Assembly (NCBI GenBank): GCA_003498085.1
Contig: DNCM01000130.1
Span: 1-26,304 of the forward strand
Source: a bacterium
GTDB taxonomy: Bacteria > UBA9089 > UBA9088
Length of the DNA stretch: 26,304 nucleotides
Direction of reading: 5' to 3'
The notes under the pieces are model-generated. The model was not told where the DNA came from, ran no database searches, and saw nothing but the letters and a program-made list of their open reading frames with translations. The translations under genes were made by a program, and so were the position numbers. Positions 19,378 through 23,862 of the stretch are shown piece after piece. Within the stretch, counting starts at the first letter, position 1. Every line of letters starts with the position of its first letter.

Positions 19378-19405
19378 TTATGAATTATAAATTAGAATTT
19401 AGGAG
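19378..19405. repeat. Imperfect 7-bp tandem repeat
   Basis: TTATGAA TTATAAA TTAGAAT TTAGGAG between clpX and lon. Confidence 0.55.
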
Positions 19406-19425
19406 GTTTAAGTTTATCGATTCCA

Positions 19426-21702
19426 TTGCCAAGAGAAATGGTATATAAAGATATACCTCTCGTTCCTCTGAGGGAGATTGTTTTATTTCCCGATGTGATT
19501 ACCTCTTTTTTTATTGGAAGGGAAAGGTCTATTTTTGCGATAGATAGGGCTATGTTGAATGATAAATTGATTGCATTTGTTGCTCAAAAAAAGGAAGATA
19601 TAGATGAGCCATCTTTAGACGACCTCTATCTTGTAGGCGTCCTCTCCGAAATTCTTCAGGTATTAAAGCTTCCGGATGGAAGGGTAAAGATATTGGTCGA
19701 AGGAATCTCTAGGTTTAAGATAAAAGCTATAAAAGAAGAAAACTGTTTTTTAGCAGATGGAGAGGAATTAAGGGAAAGTTATAAGAAAAACGAAAAGATA
19801 GAAGCACTAAGTCGTTATATCCTTGACAACTTAAAAAAATATATCAATCTAAGAGAGGGACAAGAAGATATTTTCTCTTCCCTATTAAAACTTGATAGCC
19901 CTATTAAATTAGGTAATATGGCGACTTATAATCTTAGTATAAACCTTAGAGAAAAACAAAGAATTCTTGAGATTACATCACTTGAGGAAAGGCTTAAAGA
20001 GATTGGAAATCTTATTTTAAAGGAAGTAGAGATACAAACCATTGAGAGAGAACTGGAAGATAAGATAAAGCAAGAAATGGAAAAAAAAGAGAAAGAGTAT
20101 TACCTTTCTGAAAAAATAAGGGTCCTTCAAAATGAGCTTTATAGTAAAAAAGGCAAAGATGTTGAACAATTTTTTTCCTCGATAAAAAAACTTCCAGAGG
20201 ATGTAAAAGAAAGAGTTTATTACGAATATGAAAGGTTCAGAAATATGCCTTCTTATATGGCAGAAAGAGAGGTTTTGAGAAATTGGCTTGATTGGGTTGT
20301 ATCCCTTCCTTGGAATGAAAAGACAGAAGAGAAGCAAGACATAAAATCTGCAAAGGCCCTTTTAGATAATGGTCATTTTGGTCTTTCATCGGTGAAACAA
20401 AGGGTTCTTGAGTTTTTGGCTATAAGGAAAATGACAAATAGAACAAGTGGTTCAATACTTTGTTTTATTGGACCAACCGGGGTTGGAAAGACATCCATTG
20501 CCAATTCTATAGCGGATGTTTTAAATAGGAAGTTTGCCCAGATGTCTTTGAGTGGTCTTCGTGATGAGGCAGAGATTAAGGGTCATAGGATGACTTATGT
20601 TGCAGCTATGCCAGGAAAAATAATCCAGCTTATAAGGAGGACAAAAAGCAAAAACCCTGTTTTTCTCCTTGATGAGATTGATAAGGTAGATTTTAGAACA
20701 AACTATGGAACAAGCCTTCTTGATGTCCTTTCGGGGGAGAACAAAAATTTCTTAGACTATTATATCGACATTCCATTTGACCTTTCAGAAGTTATATTCA
20801 TAACAACTGGAAATACAATAGAAAATATCCCTTCTTTTCTTCTTGATAGGATGGAGGTGATTGAATTTCCATCGTATACCTTGGATGAGAAATTCCATAT
20901 TGCAAAGAGGTATTTAATTCCAAGGGAAATCGAGGCACATGGCCTCTCTTCTTTCCTTTCATTTTCAGACAGATCAATCAAAACAATGACTACATCATAC
21001 ACAAGAGAAGGTGGGGTAAGAAATTTAAAGAAATGCATAGAAATGGTATGCAGAAAGTCGGCATTCGATGTTGTGTGTAAAAATAGAAAAATAAAGATCT
21101 CATCGTCAAACTTAAGGAGATTTATAGGAAAACCTATTCATAGGGAAACAATGATTTCATCGAATGGGATAGGATGTACATATTCTCTTGCATGGACAGA
21201 ACAGGGCGGTGAGATCCTGACAACAGAGGCATTATGTATTCCTGGAGAAGGGAGGTTATTTTTTACAGGAAAGCTTGGAATGGTGATGAAAGAACAAGGG
21301 GAAGCAGTTCTTTCATATATCAGGTCTCGCACAAAAGAGTTTGATCTTTCTCCTTCTTTCTACAAAGATTATGATATTCACATACACCTTCCTTGGGGTG
21401 CAATAGAAAAAGATGGTCCATCTGCCGGTGTTGCGATAGGGTGTAGTGTGATTTCATCATTGACAAATAAGCCACTAAAAGGGATATTTGCTATGACAGG
21501 AGAGGTTACCCTATCTGGAAAAATACTTCCTGTTTTTGGAATAAGGGAAAAGCTTTTGGCAGCTCTTAGGGTAGGGATAAAAAAGGTTTTTATCCCAAAG
21601 GAAAATTACATTGATTTAGACGAGCTTCCTAAAAGGATAAAAAAGGAATTAGAGATTATTCTTGTTGAAGATATGGATGAGGTTTTAAGCTATGTTTTTT
21701 AA
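19426..21702 (+). CDS. lon: Lon protease (endopeptidase La)
   Basis: PLVPLRE N-domain, Walker A GPTGVGKT, Walker B LLDEIDK, KDGPSAG (Ser), GIREK (Lys). Start is uncertain (TTG 19426 or ATG 19438). Confidence 0.93.
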   Translation: MPREMVYKDIPLVPLREIVLFPDVITSFFIGRERSIFAIDRAMLNDKLIAFVAQKKEDIDEPSLDDLYLVGVLSEILQVLKLPDGRVKILVEGISRFKIKAIKEENCFLADGEELRESYKKNEKIEALSRYILDNLKKYINLREGQEDIFSSLLKLDSPIKLGNMATYNLSINLREKQRILEITSLEERLKEIGNLILKEVEIQTIERELEDKIKQEMEKKEKEYYLSEKIRVLQNELYSKKGKDVEQFFSSIKKLPEDVKERVYYEYERFRNMPSYMAEREVLRNWLDWVVSLPWNEKTEEKQDIKSAKALLDNGHFGLSSVKQRVLEFLAIRKMTNRTSGSILCFIGPTGVGKTSIANSIADVLNRKFAQMSLSGLRDEAEIKGHRMTYVAAMPGKIIQLIRRTKSKNPVFLLDEIDKVDFRTNYGTSLLDVLSGENKNFLDYYIDIPFDLSEVIFITTGNTIENIPSFLLDRMEVIEFPSYTLDEKFHIAKRYLIPREIEAHGLSSFLSFSDRSIKTMTTSYTREGGVRNLKKCIEMVCRKSAFDVVCKNRKIKISSSNLRRFIGKPIHRETMISSNGIGCTYSLAWTEQGGEILTTEALCIPGEGRLFFTGKLGMVMKEQGEAVLSYIRSRTKEFDLSPSFYKDYDIHIHLPWGAIEKDGPSAGVAIGCSVISSLTNKPLKGIFAMTGEVTLSGKILPVFGIREKLLAALRVGIKKVFIPKENYIDLDELPKRIKKELEIILVEDMDEVLSYVF

Positions 21703-22369
21703 GGTACTTTTTATTTTATTTTTATTTGCCAATATTTCTTATTCGACCATAACAACGGGGATAATTCTTACACCAACAGGGAATGTAAAAAAGCAGAATA
21801 AAAAAATAGGCTTTGATCTCGGGTTTGTCTATTACATAGGAGATATTATAAAAAAAGAAGAAAAAAAGGAAATAACATATTTAAACCCTATTAAATCCTT
21901 CTATTTCTTCTGTGACTCCAAATTGTCCCCTATCAATGGAATTTCTGGAGGAGGAAGTGGATTTGTTATTTTGAAAGGTTCCCAGCCAGAAGTGGAGCAC
22001 AAGATGGGCGGCGGTGGTGATATTGGTAAAACCGATGCGTTTGGATTTCTTTATATTGCAGGAAGTAAGCAATTTAAGAAAAATACCCTTTCTTGCGGCT
22101 TTTTATATGGACCAATACATAGTATTTTTAATCCCATTATCCAAGATAGGGATAAACATATCAAAGAAAATAGATCTTATTTCCTTTCCTTTAAAACACA
22201 TATATTTAAAAGGGATTTTGGAATCGAGGCAATTAAGCCTGTTCGTTCATCTTATATCCTTTTCAATACATCCATTGAGAAATTTTTAGGATTTTCTTTT
22301 TCCTTTCTTTATGGAAAAGATATTTCTTCCTTTATTGGCTACTTTGGAATAAGGCTTAATGTATACTAG
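21692..22369 (+). CDS. Secreted hypothetical protein, possible outer-membrane beta-barrel
   Basis: Signal peptide MFFKVLFILFLFANISYS, alternating aromatic/hydrophobic strands and C-terminal FGIRLNVY; overlaps the lon stop. Confidence 0.65.
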   Translation: MFFKVLFILFLFANISYSTITTGIILTPTGNVKKQNKKIGFDLGFVYYIGDIIKKEEKKEITYLNPIKSFYFFCDSKLSPINGISGGGSGFVILKGSQPEVEHKMGGGGDIGKTDAFGFLYIAGSKQFKKNTLSCGFLYGPIHSIFNPIIQDRDKHIKENRSYFLSFKTHIFKRDFGIEAIKPVRSSYILFNTSIEKFLGFSFSFLYGKDISSFIGYFGIRLNVY

Positions 22370-22409
22370 ATTAAATTATTGTGATTTTTTGTAAAGCTGT
22401 AAAGGCAAG

Positions 22410-22434
22410 TTTTTAGGTTTTTGCACCCTAAAAA
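22410..22434 (+). terminator. Hairpin after the clpX-lon-hypothetical operon
   Basis: TTTTTAGG (22410-22417) / CCTAAAAA (22427-22434) with a 9-nt loop; the stem is weak and AT-rich. Confidence 0.35.
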
Positions 22435-22457
22435 TAAATTTTAAATAAAAATTTTTC

Positions 22458-22487
22458 TTGACAAAAAATAGAAAAATAGAATATCTT
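22458..22487 (+). promoter_or_regulatory. Putative sigma70 promoter
   Basis: TTGACA (22458-22463)-N18-TATCTT (22482-22487). Confidence 0.5.
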
Positions 22488-22536
22488 CTTTAGTAGAGAA
22501 TTTTTTTATTTTTAGATTAGAGCAAAAAAAAGCTCT

Positions 22537-22563
22537 TAAGTTTTTTCCTTTTTTTGCCGATAT
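22537..22563 (+). promoter_or_regulatory. sigma28 (FliA/SigD)-type promoter
   Basis: TAAG (22537-22540)-N15-GCCGATAT (22556-22563); matches the TAAA-N15-GCCGATA(A/T) consensus with canonical spacing. Confidence 0.6.
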
Positions 22564-22711
22564 ATTAAAAAAGGAGTATGGCAGAAAAAAGAAGTAATAT
22601 GGTTTGGGAGGGGAGAGAGATGAATTTTATTGTTTATTAATATTTAAAGGAGTAAAGAATGAACTTGGTGGTGGGAAAAGAAGGGAAAATTAGGGGTGTA
22701 GTTTAAGGTAA

Positions 22712-22742
22712 AAAAACTGGTAAAAAACCAGTTTTTATTTTT
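22712..22742 (+). terminator. Intrinsic terminator-like hairpin
   Basis: AAAAACTGG (22712-22720) / CCAGTTTTT (22728-22736) with a 7-nt loop, followed by ATTTTT. Confidence 0.6.
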
Positions 22743-22841
22743 ATAAAAAGATGGTGAGAGAAAAAAGGAGGAAGATGATTTTTTTTAAAAAAATCGAAAA
22801 AATGTACCTACTACATTATTAACATAACTTTAACAAGAGCC

Positions 22842-22918
22842 AAATGGGAAAACATAAGTAGAGACTAAAGATGCTTAAAGAAAAAATTAGCTTGATGGAA
22901 CAAGGGGTGATAAGATGA
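22842..22918 (+). pseudogene. Decayed 3' remnant of a paralog of the 23413-23862 coiled-coil gene
   Basis: AAATGGGAAAA (22842-22852 = 23788-23798, KWEN) and AAAGATGCTTAA (22867-22878 = 23835-23846, KMLK) are collinear, with 22 nt less spacing and a frameshift between them. Confidence 0.5.
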
Positions 22919-23097
22919 CCTGGTCCCAGATTATTGTTCAAGGGGCTATATTTGCAACATTAAAAGATATAACTGAACTGCACAGAGAAGCTAATAATCT
23001 TATTGCCTCAGAATCAGAAAAAACAAGAGAATTGATAGAAAAAATCCATAGCAGTACAATGCTTGTTTTGGGAAGAATGGAAAGGAAGATAAGTTGA
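22915..23097 (+). CDS. Small hypothetical coiled-coil protein, 60 aa
   Basis: SD-like GGGGTGA; helical ESEKTRELIEKI..LGRMERKI; the TGA overlaps the next ATG. Confidence 0.6.
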   Translation: MTWSQIIVQGAIFATLKDITELHREANNLIASESEKTRELIEKIHSSTMLVLGRMERKIS

Positions 23098-23165
23098 TGG
23101 AGCCGGGTAGTTTGAAGAAGAAACTCGGGGTTCTTGCAGGTGGAGTATGCTTTTTTGTTGTTTCT
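23097..23165 (+). repeat. 69-bp direct repeat, copy 1 (copy 2 at 23862-23930)
   Basis: 61/69 nt identical by hand alignment; the copies are 765 bp apart. Confidence 0.9.
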
Positions 23166-23186
23166 TCTGTGTTTTTGGGAAAATAA
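23097..23186 (+). pseudogene. Signal-peptide-only stub (29 aa) paralogous to the N-terminus of the giant surface protein
   Basis: MEPGSLKKKLGVLAGGVCFFVVSSVFLGK* versus MEPSSFKKKLKVLAGGVCLFVISGIF; not in the ORF track. Confidence 0.75.
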
Positions 23187-23190
23187 GATA

Positions 23191-23373
23191 ATGTCGTATT
23201 TTGAGTTCTTAGGAGCACTTGTTACAGGGGCAGGAACTCTGGCTTCTATTCTTGGTATTATACTAGGCATCTTCTTTGCAATATGGATGAAACAGGAGAA
23301 GAAGGCTGTACATGATTTATTGATTAAGCGTGCTAGTGAAAGACATGTGGAGGTAATGGCAAAATTAGGATGA
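23191..23373 (+). CDS. Small hypothetical membrane protein, 60 aa
   Basis: MSYFEFLGALVTGAGTLASILGIILGIFFAIW followed by a charged helix. ATG 23191 is preferred over the ORF-track start 23134, which lies inside the stub. Confidence 0.65.
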   Translation: MSYFEFLGALVTGAGTLASILGIILGIFFAIWMKQEKKAVHDLLIKRASERHVEVMAKLG

Positions 23374-23412
23374 GAGGGATATTTATTGTTTCTTGTGGAG
23401 TGAGGTTTTAAA

Positions 23413-23862
23413 ATGGATGTTTCAAAAATAGCTGAAGCAGTTGCGAATATTTTGTTTCCAAAGTTGAATGAAATCTCAGCAAGAATGGATGAAGTTGAGA
23501 AAAGGATAGAAAGGCTTGATGGAAGGATGGATGAATTCTCAGGAAGAATGTCTGCTATGGAACAAAGAATGACTTCTTTTGAACAACAACTTATTTATAT
23601 TCATCAAAGGATAGACGAGACGAATAAAAGAATAGATGAAACTGATAAAAGGATTGATACGATGTGGGCTGATGTGATTAAGAGGTTTGATGATATGATT
23701 AGAAGGTTTGATGAGACAAATAGAAGGATAGATGAAACAAACCAGAGGATAGATAGACTTTCTGAAAGAGCAATAATCCCTAAAGAAAAATGGGAAAATA
23801 TTGAGATAAGGGTTTTAAGGCTTGAGGAAGATATAAAGATGCTTAAGGAGAAAAAAGGTTAA
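23413..23862 (+). CDS. Hypothetical soluble coiled-coil protein with RIDETN-type heptads, 149 aa
   Basis: SD GAGGT; RIDETNK RIDETDK and RFDETNR RIDETNQ heptads; the TAA overlaps the ATG of the next gene. Confidence 0.8.
   Translation: MDVSKIAEAVANILFPKLNEISARMDEVEKRIERLDGRMDEFSGRMSAMEQRMTSFEQQLIYIHQRIDETNKRIDETDKRIDTMWADVIKRFDDMIRRFDETNRRIDETNQRIDRLSERAIIPKEKWENIEIRVLRLEEDIKMLKEKKG

Noticed and set aside
22766-22868. Phase-variable ORF at AGGAGG-ATG with a T8/A7 palindrome (22777-22795)
   Set aside because: All slippage frames give peptides of about 30 aa or less, and the SD spacing is only 3 nt.
23134-23190. 79-aa start for the small membrane ORF
   Set aside because: The extension lies within the signal-peptide stub in another frame; ATG 23191 follows the stub stop directly.
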